Notes under the pieces: generated by a model
The model's database searches: none
Seen by the model: only the letters and a program-made list of their open reading frames with translations
Told to the model about the DNA's origin: nothing
Position numbers and translations under genes: made by a program
Assembly: GCF_043778355.1 (NCBI RefSeq)
Contig: NZ_JAYWHI010000031.1
Location: 60,202-124,201, forward strand
DNA: 64,000 nt
Source of the DNA: Polaromonas sp.
Lineage (GTDB): Bacteria > Pseudomonadota > Gammaproteobacteria > Burkholderiales > Burkholderiaceae_C
Reading direction: 5' to 3'
In this document: in pieces, positions 28,346 to 40,283 of the stretch
Numbering within the stretch: the stretch's first letter is position 1
Layout of the letters: the number at the start of each line of letters is the position of its first letter

Positions 28346-28864
28346 ATGCACCCCGTCCCGAACATCAATCGCCCCACTTTTGTCACACTGCTGCTCGCCG
28401 GCCTGTCGGCAGGCGTGATGCTGCCGGCCTACGCCCAGTTTCCAACAGTCACCACCCGCACCGAGATCTGGCGCGGCAACGCCCAGCCACTGGATCAGCA
28501 TACGGAGCGTTTGCAATGGGAGCAATGGCAACTGCAGCGCGAACAACAGCGCCGCCAGCTTGAGCTGACGCGCCTGCAAGACACCCAATTGAGCCAGAGC
28601 CAGGAGTCGCTGGGCCAGCGCGCGCTGCGTGAGCAGGCCCAGCGCAACGGCACATGGGCGCCTCCTCCGCCCGGTCTCAGCGACCAGGAGCGTGTCTGGC
28701 GCGACCAGCAGCAATTGCAGCGCGAACAATGGCGCCAGCAACGCGACCAGATCCGCCAGGACGACCAGCGCATCCGCCAGGAAAGCGAATCACCGGGCCA
28801 GCGCGCGCTGCGTGAACAGGCGCAGAACCGGCGTGAGCAGGGCCGCATGGCCACACCCCGCTGA
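28346..28864 (+). CDS. Secreted Gln/Arg-rich coiled-coil hypothetical protein
   Basis: GGAGAA RBS, signal peptide ending AYA, duplicated GQRALREQAQ motif. Confidence 0.65.
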   Translation: MHPVPNINRPTFVTLLLAGLSAGVMLPAYAQFPTVTTRTEIWRGNAQPLDQHTERLQWEQWQLQREQQRRQLELTRLQDTQLSQSQESLGQRALREQAQRNGTWAPPPPGLSDQERVWRDQQQLQREQWRQQRDQIRQDDQRIRQESESPGQRALREQAQNRREQGRMATPR

Positions 28865-28871
28865 ACGCCTC

Positions 28872-29783
28872 TTAACCGGCAGGCGCAGCGCTTCGGTACC
28901 GCAGCGCTTCTTCTTCCAGCCAGGCGCGAAACAGCGCAAGCGCGGTGTTGTCCGACTTCTGCTCTGGATAAATGAAGTAATAACGGCGGTCACTGACGAA
29001 TTCATGTTTCACAAGTTCGACCAGCCGGCCCTGCTTCAAATCGTCCTCGATCAGAAAACGCGGAATCAGCGCCAGCCCCTGGCCATGGATCGCCGCTTCG
29101 GTGGTGATGGAAAACAGCTCCATGCGCGCGCCGGCCAGGTCGCCCTCGACCGTCAGCCCCAGCGAGGTGAACCACTGGCGCCAGGCATAAGGCCGGGTAC
29201 TCATCTGCAGCAAGGGCACGCCGTTCAGGTCGCCAGCCTTCAGCGAGCGCTTTGGTTTGACCAGCGCCGGGCTGCCGACGGCGACGATGCTTTCGTCCAT
29301 CAGGAAGCAGGACTCGGTGCCGGGCCAGCCGGCCTCCACCGCGCAAATGGCCGCATCGAGCGCGGTATCGGCAAACAAAAACGGCCGGGTGCGCGAAGAC
29401 AGATGCACCGTGATGTCGGGATGCCCTTGGTGAAAACGCGCCAGCCGCGGTACCAGCCAGCGCGCAGCAAAAGTCGGCACTACACCAAGTTCCAGCGCAC
29501 CGCCGGCGCCGCCACGCGCCATCATGTCCAGCGTGTCGCGCTCCACATCGTCGAGCCGGGAGCGCACATTGCGCGCATAACTGGCACCGGCCTCGGTCAG
29601 CAACACGCCGCGTTTGGTACGCCGGAACAGCTTGACGCTGAGAAAGTCCTCCAGACCCGCGATTTGCCGGCAGACCGCGCTTTGCGTCACCGAATGCTCC
29701 TCAGCGGCCTGGGTGAAGCTCTGATGGCGCGCGGCGGATTCAAACAAGGCCAATGCCGTGGTAGAAGGGATGTTGCGACGCAT
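28872..29783 (-). CDS. LysR family regulator (GcvA-like; GcdR position divergent from gcdH)
   Basis: FESAARHQSFTQAAEE..TQSAVCRQI HTH; divergent from glutaryl-CoA dehydrogenase. Confidence 0.88.
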   Translation of the reverse strand: MRRNIPSTTALALFESAARHQSFTQAAEEHSVTQSAVCRQIAGLEDFLSVKLFRRTKRGVLLTEAGASYARNVRSRLDDVERDTLDMMARGGAGGALELGVVPTFAARWLVPRLARFHQGHPDITVHLSSRTRPFLFADTALDAAICAVEAGWPGTESCFLMDESIVAVGSPALVKPKRSLKAGDLNGVPLLQMSTRPYAWRQWFTSLGLTVEGDLAGARMELFSITTEAAIHGQGLALIPRFLIEDDLKQGRLVELVKHEFVSDRRYYFIYPEQKSDNTALALFRAWLEEEALRYRSAAPAG

Positions 29784-29955
29784 GGCATCTCCTGGTGTCA
29801 GGTTTCGGAATTCGTTTTAAGCACAGATCTGTGACAAATCATGGTTTGCGCAGACGACCTGCACAACGTATGCTCAGGGCTGCCGCAAAAATAATTGCCC
29901 GCCCGAGTTGCGATTTTCGCACACAGAGCCCCTACCCCCACCTTTGGAGACCTTC

Positions 29956-31146
<1,191 letters not shown>

Positions 31147-31150
31147 AGCC

Positions 31151-32362
31151 ATGAGTAGCACTGACGTGCGCCCGCCGCCGCTGACCGGCGTGCGGGTGCT
31201 CGATCTGTCGCGCGTGCTCGCCGGTCCCTGGGCCGGCCAGTTGCTGGCGGATTTGGGCGCCGACGTGGTCAAGGTCGAAAAACCCGACACCGGCGACGAC
31301 ACCCGCGCCTGGGGCCCGCCCTATTTGAAGGACGCCTCCGGCCGCGACACCAGCGAGGCGACCTATTTCCTCTGCGCCAACCGCAACAAACGCTCGGTTG
31401 CCATCGACATGGGCACAGCCGAAGGCCAGACGCAGATACGCGCACTGGCGCAACAAGCAGACGTTGTTCTGGAGAACTTCAAGGTTGGCGGGCTCAAGCG
31501 TTACGGTCTGGACTACGCGAGCCTGAAACAAGCGAACCCGCGCCTGGTGTATTGCTCGATCACCGGCTTCGGCCAGACCGGGCCCTATGCGGCGCGCGCC
31601 GGTTACGACTTTTTGATCCAGGGCATGGGCGGGCTCATGAGTGTGACCGGCCAGCCCGACGGTGAACCCGGCGCCGGACCGCAAAAGGTCGGCGTCGCGC
31701 TGACCGACATCATGACCGGCCTCTACGCGACGATTGCGGTGCAGGCGGCGCTGGCCGAACGTGAAAAGTCAGGTCTGGGACAACACATCGATCTTGCGCT
31801 GCTCGACGTGCAGATCGCCTGTCTGGCGAATCAGGCCTCTAACTACCTGGCAGGCGGACTGGTGCCGCGCCGCATGGGCAATGCGCATCCGAACATCGTG
31901 CCCTACCAGGCTTTTCCGACGGCTGACGGCGACATCATCCTGGCGGTTGGCAACGACGGCCAGTTCGCGAAATTCTGCGCTGTAGCTGGCCACCCGGAAT
32001 GGTCAAGCGATGCGCGTTTTGCAAGCAACGCCCAGCGTGTATCGAACCGTGCGGTGCTGGTGCCTTTGCTGCGCCAGGCGACAGTGATGCGAACCTCCGC
32101 TGACTGGATTGCGGCGCTGGAGGCCGCCGGTGTCCCCTGCGGCCCGATCAATCGCATCGACAAAGTGTTTGCGGACCCGCAGGTGATTGCACGCGGCCTG
32201 AAGATCGACCTGCCGCACGCGCTGGCGGGCAGCGTGCCGCTGGTGGCAAATCCGATCCGCCTGTCCGGCTCGCCGGTGGCCTACCAGCGCCCGCCGCCAC
32301 TGCTGGGTGAACACACCGACGAAGTGCTGGCGCAGTGGCTGGGTGCGGCAGCCGCGGCCTGA
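31151..32362 (+). CDS. CaiB/BaiF class III CoA-transferase (probable succinyl-CoA:glutarate CoA-transferase)
   Basis: VLDLSRVLAGPWAGQLLADLGADVVKVE, NRNKRS, GYDFLIQ; 4 bp downstream of gcdH. Confidence 0.85.
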   Translation: MSSTDVRPPPLTGVRVLDLSRVLAGPWAGQLLADLGADVVKVEKPDTGDDTRAWGPPYLKDASGRDTSEATYFLCANRNKRSVAIDMGTAEGQTQIRALAQQADVVLENFKVGGLKRYGLDYASLKQANPRLVYCSITGFGQTGPYAARAGYDFLIQGMGGLMSVTGQPDGEPGAGPQKVGVALTDIMTGLYATIAVQAALAEREKSGLGQHIDLALLDVQIACLANQASNYLAGGLVPRRMGNAHPNIVPYQAFPTADGDIILAVGNDGQFAKFCAVAGHPEWSSDARFASNAQRVSNRAVLVPLLRQATVMRTSADWIAALEAAGVPCGPINRIDKVFADPQVIARGLKIDLPHALAGSVPLVANPIRLSGSPVAYQRPPPLLGEHTDEVLAQWLGAAAAA

Positions 32363-32378
32363 TCCGCTGCAGCGGCCC

Positions 32379-32443
32379 GAAGTCAAGCCAAATGCACCTC
32401 TAGCCCATGTCCCACATGGGTAATACGCTATTTATTTAGTAGC
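32379..32443 (-). repeat. ~65-bp dispersed repeat (TGCTAT..ATAGC family), copy 4
   Basis: Minus strand GCTACTAAATAAATAGCG..CCCATGTGGGACATGGGCTAGAGG..; overlaps the last codons and stop of the molybdoenzyme gene. Confidence 0.75.
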
Positions 32444-35400
32444 GTCCTGGCGCAGGCGAGCCACCGCAGCCGGCAGCGCGTCCCAGGCCGCACGCCCCGG
32501 CGCATACCGGCTGCGCATGTAGGCCGCCAACTCGGCGATTTGCGCATCACTGAGGCTGTGGCGAAACGCCGGCATGAACCCCACCTGTGCCGACACTGGC
32601 TCGCGGATGCCGTCCAGAATCACCCGCACCAGGTTGTCGGGCCGCGCACTGTGTAGCTTGCTGTTAAGCGCCAGCGGCACATTGGCGCCCAGCAGCGTCG
32701 GGCCTTCGCCGTCGTGGTGGCAGGAGGCGCAGGCGCCGGTAAACAGGCGCTGGCCGGGGCCCGGCAGGGCCAGGGTGGTTTGCTGCGCAGCGAGTACCGC
32801 CTGGCTGGCGCGCAAGGCACTGTAAGGTTCGGTCAGCGGCTGGTTGTACGAGGCCAGGTAGGTCGCCATGGCGCGGATGTCGGCGTCGGGCAAAGCAGCC
32901 AACTCCTTCACCACCGGCGCCATCGGTCCGGCGGCGATGCCGTGTTGTGGCGAATGGCCGGTACGCAGGTAGCTGTAGAGCTGTTCGCGGGTCCAGGGCA
33001 CCGGCGCACGCGACAGCGCGGTCAGCGCCGGCGCTTCCCAGCCATCGACCATCGCACCGCTTAAAAAGGCCTTGCCGCCACGTTCGGCGCCGACGGCATT
33101 GCGCGGCGTGTGGCAGGCGCCGCAGTGGCCCAGGCCGTTGACCAGGTAGGCGCCGCGGTTCCATTCGACGGTTTGCGTGACATCCGGCTGGTAGGGCGCG
33201 GCATCGTGAAAGAGTGCGTTCCAGCCGGCCATCAATGGCCGCACGCTGAACGGAAAGGCCAACTGTGTGGCCGGAACTTCTGAACGCACCGCTGGCTGCG
33301 CCATAAGGTAGGCATACAGCGCGGTCAGGTCCTCGTCACTGGTTTTGGCAAAGGCTGTGTAGGGAAAGGCCGGGTACAGATGGTGGCCGTCGCGCGAGAT
33401 GCCTTCGCGCATGGCGCGCTGGAAAGCACTGAAGGACCAGAGGCCGATACCGGTCTGGGCATCGGGGGTGATGTTGGTGGTCACTACCTTGCCGAAGGGC
33501 GTGTCCATGGCCAGACCACCCGTATTGGGCACACCGCCGGGGGCGGTGTGGCAAACCACGCAATCACCCGCAGCGGCGAGCTGGCGGCCGCGCTCGATGG
33601 TGGCAGCGGTGTAGATGGCCCCGCTGCTGGCGGCCACCGGCGCGATGGCCGGACGCCAGCCCAGCAGCGCGGTCGCGATGCCAAACACGCTGGCGAGGAC
33701 GGCGCCACCGCGCACCCAGGCTTTGCGCTTGCGTGGCCAGACTGCCGTTGTGGGTAGTGGGTTGTCGATGGGTTCAGGCGTCGACTGCAGACGCGCTGTC
33801 TCGCCGTCCGGCGCCGGGTTCAGCGCCGCGCGAATCACTTCGGGCGTGAACGGCGGCTGGCGGAAACGCACACCGGTTGCATCAAAAATCGCATTCGCAA
33901 TCGCTGCCGTGCCAGGCACCGAGGCCGACTCGCCAGCGCCCAAAGGCGGCTCGCCCGGCCGCGCCATGGTCACCACCTCGATCACAGGCACATCGCGGAA
34001 ATTGAGGATAGGGTAAGCGCCCCATTCAAGCGCAGCGACCGTGTTGTTCACCGGATTCAACGCCACCTGCTCGGTCAGCGCACGGCTGGTGGTTTGCACC
34101 ACGTTGCCGTGGATCTGATGCTGCACACCGGCCGGGTTGATCAGCGTGCCGGCGTCGTGACCGACCACGACGCGCCGCACATGGACTTCGCCAGTTTTAC
34201 GATTGACTTCCACGTCGGCGACCCAGGCGGCCCAGGCGGCGCCAAAACCCGGCCACTTGCTGTGCACATAACGCGCGTAGGCCACGCCCTGGCCTGTCAC
34301 GATGTCCGATGCGCCCTCCCCAGCCGCGTCACGATCCGGCGTCTGTTGCGGCTGGGTGTGTGCCTTCCAGCCGGCGCGCTCGGCGGTCGCGCGCACCAGC
34401 TCGGCGGCACGCGGCTCGCTGAGGTAACGCAGGCGGAACTCAACCGGATCGACACCGGCGGCGGTCGCGAGTTCGTCGATGTAGGACTCGTGCGCGAAGG
34501 AATTGGGCAGGGCCGAGACACCGCGCAGCCAGGACGCGCGCAGCATGGGCGCCATGTCGTTGACGCTGACACGCAGGTTGTCGTAATCGTAGGGCGGCCG
34601 CGCGCTGCGGTCACCCATCTCGTAGGCCTGCGCGACCGGTTCGATGGTGCGGGTCAGCAGCAACGCCAGCGTTGGCGAACCGTTGGAGGGGTAGGAGGTC
34701 TGGAAGTCATAGGCGGCGACCGAACCGTCGGCATTGAGGCCGCCGCGCACCTGCATCAGTTGCGCCGCGCCCTTGGGCTCCCAGGCGTGCTCCTGCTCGC
34801 GCGTGAGCTGCACCCGCACCGGCGCACCAACGGCGCGCGACAGCAGGGCGGCGTCAGCGGCCACGTCGTCGGCGCAATTGCGGCCATAACAACCCGCCGC
34901 TTCCATGCGGACGACGTCGATGGCTACGTCGGCCAGGCCCATCAGGCGCGACAGATCGGCGCGCAGCACATGCGGGTTTTGCGTGCCGGCCCAGACCGTG
35001 AGGTGAGGTCCCGCCGCCGGGCCGTTCCCAAGGCGGGATGCGGCCCCCTCGGGGGGCAGCGACCCACCCTCGGTGGGGGAGTGTGGGGGCACAGGCCGCC
35101 GCGAAGGGCCGCCCCGAGCAAGGCCAGCCCCCTCGGGGGGCAGCGACTCACACGCAGTGGGGGAGCGTGGGGGCCCTTCTTGCCAGTCGGCCAGCGCACA
35201 GGACGGGCCGATGGAGCCATGCATCTGGTAGGGCCAGACATAGTTGCGCGCCAAGGCCTGCGCGGCGCCGGCAATCGCCGCGTCCACATCGCCTTCATCA
35301 ACCAGCCTTCGCTGGGTGGACGGGTTGCTCTTGATCGCCTGTTCGAGGTCGTCGAGCTTCTGCAAACCCGGCCAGGCTTTCCAGGCCACCTTGAGGTCGC

Positions 35401-36247
35401 GCAGGGCCTGCTCGGCAAATTCCTCGCGTTCGGCAACGATGCCGACAAAATCGCGGATCACCACCACCGCGCGGATACCAGGAATATGCGCGATCGACGA
35501 TTCATCGACCGCCTGCAAGGTGTTGCCGATGAAGTCGCCATGGTCCGCGCCGGCATAAGGCGGTCGCACCACACGGCCATGCAGCATGCCGGGCACCCGC
35601 ATGTCATGCACAAAAGTCAGCGCACCGGTGGCCTTGGCGGGAATGTCGACACGCAGCTGGGCGGTGCCGACGATGCGATAGTCTTCGGGCGCCTTGAGTA
35701 AGGTGTCCGGAGCCAATGTCAACTCGACATGCTGGCCGCTGAGCAGCGCGCCATAGGCCAGCGACCGGCCAGCGTTATCGCTGATCACGCCTTCGCGTAC
35801 ACCCAGGGTGGTGAGGTCAGCCGCCAACTCTGCGGCGGCACGGGCCAGCAGCCAGGCACGCGCCTGCGCTGCGGCGGCGCGCAGCGGCGCCGAATGAATC
35901 TGTATCGAGGTGCTGGCTATCGTGGCGCCCTGGTTCGGCACACTGGCCGTGTCGCCCAGCACCATGTGGACTTGATGGAGCGCCACGTCGAGTTCTTCCG
36001 CCACGATCTGGCTAAGGGCCGTGCGTATGCCGGTGCCCAGATCGACATGGCCGTTCAGGGCCGTCACCCTACCGTCATCCCAGACCGCGAGCAGAATCTC
36101 CACGCCTTCGCGCGGGTTGGCGGTAACCAGCGGCGGTTGCCCAGGCGCCGCCGGCGGGGCTGGTGGTGGCGCACGCGTGACCAGCAGCACGCCGGACGCC
36201 GCGTGAAACCCGGCGCGTGTCAGCGACGTAACGGCACGGCGCGTCAT
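32432..36247 (-). CDS. Molybdopterin (MCD) oxidoreductase large subunit fused to tri-haem cytochrome c; NicB-like nicotinate dehydrogenase
   Basis: HVDLGTG, GCYG, SWLRG, LGAGES motifs; three CxxCH (CVVCH, CGACH, CASCH); carries a ~55-aa repeat-derived insertion. Confidence 0.85.
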   Translation of the reverse strand: MTRRAVTSLTRAGFHAASGVLLVTRAPPPAPPAAPGQPPLVTANPREGVEILLAVWDDGRVTALNGHVDLGTGIRTALSQIVAEELDVALHQVHMVLGDTASVPNQGATIASTSIQIHSAPLRAAAAQARAWLLARAAAELAADLTTLGVREGVISDNAGRSLAYGALLSGQHVELTLAPDTLLKAPEDYRIVGTAQLRVDIPAKATGALTFVHDMRVPGMLHGRVVRPPYAGADHGDFIGNTLQAVDESSIAHIPGIRAVVVIRDFVGIVAEREEFAEQALRDLKVAWKAWPGLQKLDDLEQAIKSNPSTQRRLVDEGDVDAAIAGAAQALARNYVWPYQMHGSIGPSCALADWQEGPPRSPTACESLPPEGAGLARGGPSRRPVPPHSPTEGGSLPPEGAASRLGNGPAAGPHLTVWAGTQNPHVLRADLSRLMGLADVAIDVVRMEAAGCYGRNCADDVAADAALLSRAVGAPVRVQLTREQEHAWEPKGAAQLMQVRGGLNADGSVAAYDFQTSYPSNGSPTLALLLTRTIEPVAQAYEMGDRSARPPYDYDNLRVSVNDMAPMLRASWLRGVSALPNSFAHESYIDELATAAGVDPVEFRLRYLSEPRAAELVRATAERAGWKAHTQPQQTPDRDAAGEGASDIVTGQGVAYARYVHSKWPGFGAAWAAWVADVEVNRKTGEVHVRRVVVGHDAGTLINPAGVQHQIHGNVVQTTSRALTEQVALNPVNNTVAALEWGAYPILNFRDVPVIEVVTMARPGEPPLGAGESASVPGTAAIANAIFDATGVRFRQPPFTPEVIRAALNPAPDGETARLQSTPEPIDNPLPTTAVWPRKRKAWVRGGAVLASVFGIATALLGWRPAIAPVAASSGAIYTAATIERGRQLAAAGDCVVCHTAPGGVPNTGGLAMDTPFGKVVTTNITPDAQTGIGLWSFSAFQRAMREGISRDGHHLYPAFPYTAFAKTSDEDLTALYAYLMAQPAVRSEVPATQLAFPFSVRPLMAGWNALFHDAAPYQPDVTQTVEWNRGAYLVNGLGHCGACHTPRNAVGAERGGKAFLSGAMVDGWEAPALTALSRAPVPWTREQLYSYLRTGHSPQHGIAAGPMAPVVKELAALPDADIRAMATYLASYNQPLTEPYSALRASQAVLAAQQTTLALPGPGQRLFTGACASCHHDGEGPTLLGANVPLALNSKLHSARPDNLVRVILDGIREPVSAQVGFMPAFRHSLSDAQIAELAAYMRSRYAPGRAAWDALPAAVARLRQDATK
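35019..35173 (+). repeat. Tandem CCCCCTCGGGGGGCAGCG..GTGGGGG repeats inserted in-frame in the CDS
   Basis: Units at about 35019-35089 and 35106-35173 encode two PPxSP...SLPPEGA peptides on the minus strand. Confidence 0.85.
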
Positions 36248-36735
36248 GCGTCAGCGCCGCCTGCGCTGCGCATCAATTCGGCGGCGCGCCGGACCGCCTT
36301 GAGGATTTCCAGATGGGTGCCGCAGCGGCAGAGGTTGCCGGACAGCTCGCGCCGTATTTCTTCATCCGTTGGATCAGGATTTCGCGCCAGCAGCGCTGCC
36401 GTCATCACCATCATGCCGCTCATGCAGTAGCCACATTGCGCCGCCTGTTCGTCGATGAAAGCCTGCTGCACCGGATGCAGGCGGTCCGCCCCACCCAGCC
36501 CTTCGAGCGTGGTGATGACCCGGCCGCCAGCGTGGACCGCCGGGATCACGCAGGACCTCGCCGCCACACCATCGACCAGCACGGTGCAGGCCCCGCATTC
36601 ACCGAGGCCGCAGCCGTACTTGGGGCTGTTCAGGCACAGGTCGTTGCGCAGCACGGTCAGCAGGCTGGTCTGTTGTGACACAGTCATGTCCCGCAACACG
36701 CCGTTGACGCTGAGAAGGACAGGCTGCAAGGTCAT
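36244..36735 (-). CDS. [2Fe-2S] subunit of the molybdoenzyme (NicA/CoxS-like)
   Basis: KYGCGLGECGACTV and QCGYC..GNLCRCG cysteine motifs; overlaps the large subunit start. Confidence 0.92.
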   Translation of the reverse strand: MTLQPVLLSVNGVLRDMTVSQQTSLLTVLRNDLCLNSPKYGCGLGECGACTVLVDGVAARSCVIPAVHAGGRVITTLEGLGGADRLHPVQQAFIDEQAAQCGYCMSGMMVMTAALLARNPDPTDEEIRRELSGNLCRCGTHLEILKAVRRAAELMRSAGGADA

Positions 36736-36777
36736 GGATGCGCGCGCAAGCCGGATGAAATGACGACAAAAGACGTG

Positions 36778-37508
36778 CTAGACGCTGAGATAGGCACGCC
36801 TGACCTCTTCATTGGCCGACAGGTCGGCCATGGTCCCCTCATAACGGATCTGGCCTTTTTCGAGCACATAGGCCCGGTCCGACACCAGCTCCGCAAAATG
36901 CATGTTCTGTTCGGACAGCAGGATGCTGACGCCCTGCGACTTGAGCTCCAGAATCATCAGTGCCATTTGTTCGACGATGACCGGCGCCACACCTTCGGAG
37001 GGTTCATCGAGCAGCACCAGGTAGGGGTTGCCCATCAGCGTGCGGGCCACCGTCAGCATCTGCTGCTCGCCGCCACTCATGCGACCACCCGGCCGGTCGG
37101 GCATTTCACCGAGATTGGGAAACAGCTTGAACAGTCGCTCGGGCGTCCACACCGGGGCGGCAGCACCGTCCGGCCAGTGCCGCGGGGGCTGCTTGCCGAC
37201 TTCGAGGTTCTCGAGCACCGTGAGGTCGGTGAACACACGTCTGTCCTCAGGCACAAAACCCAGGCCCAGCCGGGCCGCCACATGCGACTCGCTTCTGGAA
37301 ATGTCCTGCCCCAGAAAGCTCACCGCGCCCTTGCGCTTGGCCAGCATGCCGATCAAGGTTTTGAGTGTGGTGGATTTTCCAGCGCCGTTGCGGCCCATCA
37401 GGGCCACCACCTCGCCGCGCCGCACCTGCAGGTCCACATCGTAAAGAATCTGTGCGGCGCCGTACCAGGCACACAGGGCTTTGGCGTCGAGCAAAACAGC
37501 TGTGCTCA

Positions 37509-37509
<1 letters not shown>
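36778..37509 (-). CDS. Liv-type ABC ATPase (LivF-like)
   Basis: GRNGAGKS, MSGGEQQML, LDEPSEG. Confidence 0.92.
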
Positions 37510-38293
<784 letters not shown>

Positions 38294-38297
<4 letters not shown>

Positions 38298-40210
38298 GCT
38301 TTCACCTCGCCAGTGGTTGTGGGGGAGACCTTGTTGCGAAGCCGATCAAACATCAGCTTGGCCGAACCGGCAATGCCTTGCGGGAACAGCAGCACCAGCA
38401 GCAGGATGATGGCGCCGAGCATGGCGCGCCAGTAATCGGTGTTGCGTGCCACGGTGTCATGCAGCCAGGTGAAGGTCACCGCGCCCACCACCGGGCCAGC
38501 CAGGGTCTGGATGCCGCCGAGCAGCACCATGACCAGACCGTCCACCGATTTACCCACACTCAGGCTCTCGGGCGAAATGCTGCCTTTGGAAAACGCGTAA
38601 AGGGATCCAGCCAGACCGGCAGCCGCGCCGGCGATCACAAAAGCCGTCCATTGCATGCGTTTGACATCAATCCCGATCGCGTCGGCGCGCAGCACCGAAT
38701 CGCGTCCGGCACGCAGGGCATAACCGAAGGGCGAAAACAACACGCGGCGAAGCCACAACACGGCGCCGGCCACCAGCACCAGCGTGAGCCAGTAATACAT
38801 GCGTTTGTCAGACAGCCATTCTGACGGCCAGACGCCGGTGAGGCCGTTGCTGCCGCCGGTGAAAGAATCCCACTGGTAGGTGATGGCCCAGGTGATCTGC
38901 GCAAACGCCAGCGTCAGCATCGCGAGATACACGCCCGACAGCCGCACCGCGAACCAGCCATAAACAAACGCGCCCACGGCCGCCACCAGCGGCGCAACAA
39001 CAAGCGCGAGTTCCATCGGCATGCCGCTACTGCGCACCAGCAAAGCCGCTGCGTAGGCACCGAGTCCGAAGTAGGCCGCATGGCCGAAGGAGTGCATGCC
39101 AGCCGGGCCCATGATGAAGTGCAGACTGGCGGCAAACAGCGCAGCGATCAGCAGGTCGATCATCAATACTGTGGTGTAAGGCGAATTGACCGTGAACAAG
39201 GGCATCGCGGCCAGCACCAGACCCAGCACGGCGGCCGCCATGACATAGGTGCGGCTGCTCTTGCGCAGCGGTTCTTCCTGCATGCCCACATAGCGGCTGG
39301 GCGCCTGCGGCCGGCCGAACAGGCCCCAGGGTCGCCACACCAGCACAATGGCCATGACCAGGAAGTCAGCCACCAGCGTGAGTTTTGAAAAGGAGATGCT
39401 GTAGCCGAAGATATCGACCACACCGAGCCAGATACAAATCGCCTTGATTTCGGAGATCAGCAGCGCGGCCGCGTAAGCGCCGGGGATCGATCCCATGCCG
39501 CCTACCACCACCACCACAAAGGCCGAGCCTATGGTGTGCAGGTCCATCTCCAGCGTGGCCGGTTCACGTGGCAGTTGCAGCGCACCGCCCAGACCGGCCA
39601 GCATGGCGCCCAAGGCAAATACGGCAGTGAACAGCCAGGCTTGATTCACACCCAGCGCACTGACCATCTCGCGGTCCTGCGTGGCAGCACGCACCAGCGT
39701 GCCCCAGCGCGTGCGGGTCAGCAGCAACCACAGCAGGCCCAGAACCATCGGGCCCACCACAATCAGGAACAGGTCGTAGCTTGGAAACTGCCGGCCCAGG
39801 ATTTCGACCGCACCCGACAGGCCGGGCGCGCGCGGGCCGAGCAATTCGTCAGGGCCCCACAGATAAAGAACCAGATCCTTGATCACCAGCACCAACGCAA
39901 AGGTGGCCAGCAACTGGAACAGTTCCGGCGCCTTGTAGATGCGGCGCAGCAACACCATTTCAATCAGCGCGCCAATGATGCCGGTCGCCACGGCGGCCAA
40001 CAGCAAAGCGGGCCAGAAGCCCAGGCCGCCGCCCAGCTTCTCGACCAGCGTGTAGGCGATGTAGATGCCGACCATGAAAAACGAGCCGTGGGCAAAGTTG
40101 ACGATACGTGTGACGCCGAAAATCAGCGACAGGCCCGCAGCCACGAGAAACAGCGACGATGCGCCGGCCAGCCCGTTGAGCAACTGAACGATGAAACCGG
40201 AAAAACTCAT
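38294..40210 (-). CDS. Fused LivH/LivM-type ABC permease
   Basis: NFAHGSF in the N-half and SFGHAAYFG in the C-half; 638 aa. Confidence 0.9.
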
Positions 40211-40283
40211 TCAATGATCCTCAGGAGCCCGGCACAACACACCACGCCGCGATGCGGCGCAGTGCCTTGTTGGGCAGGTTTGC

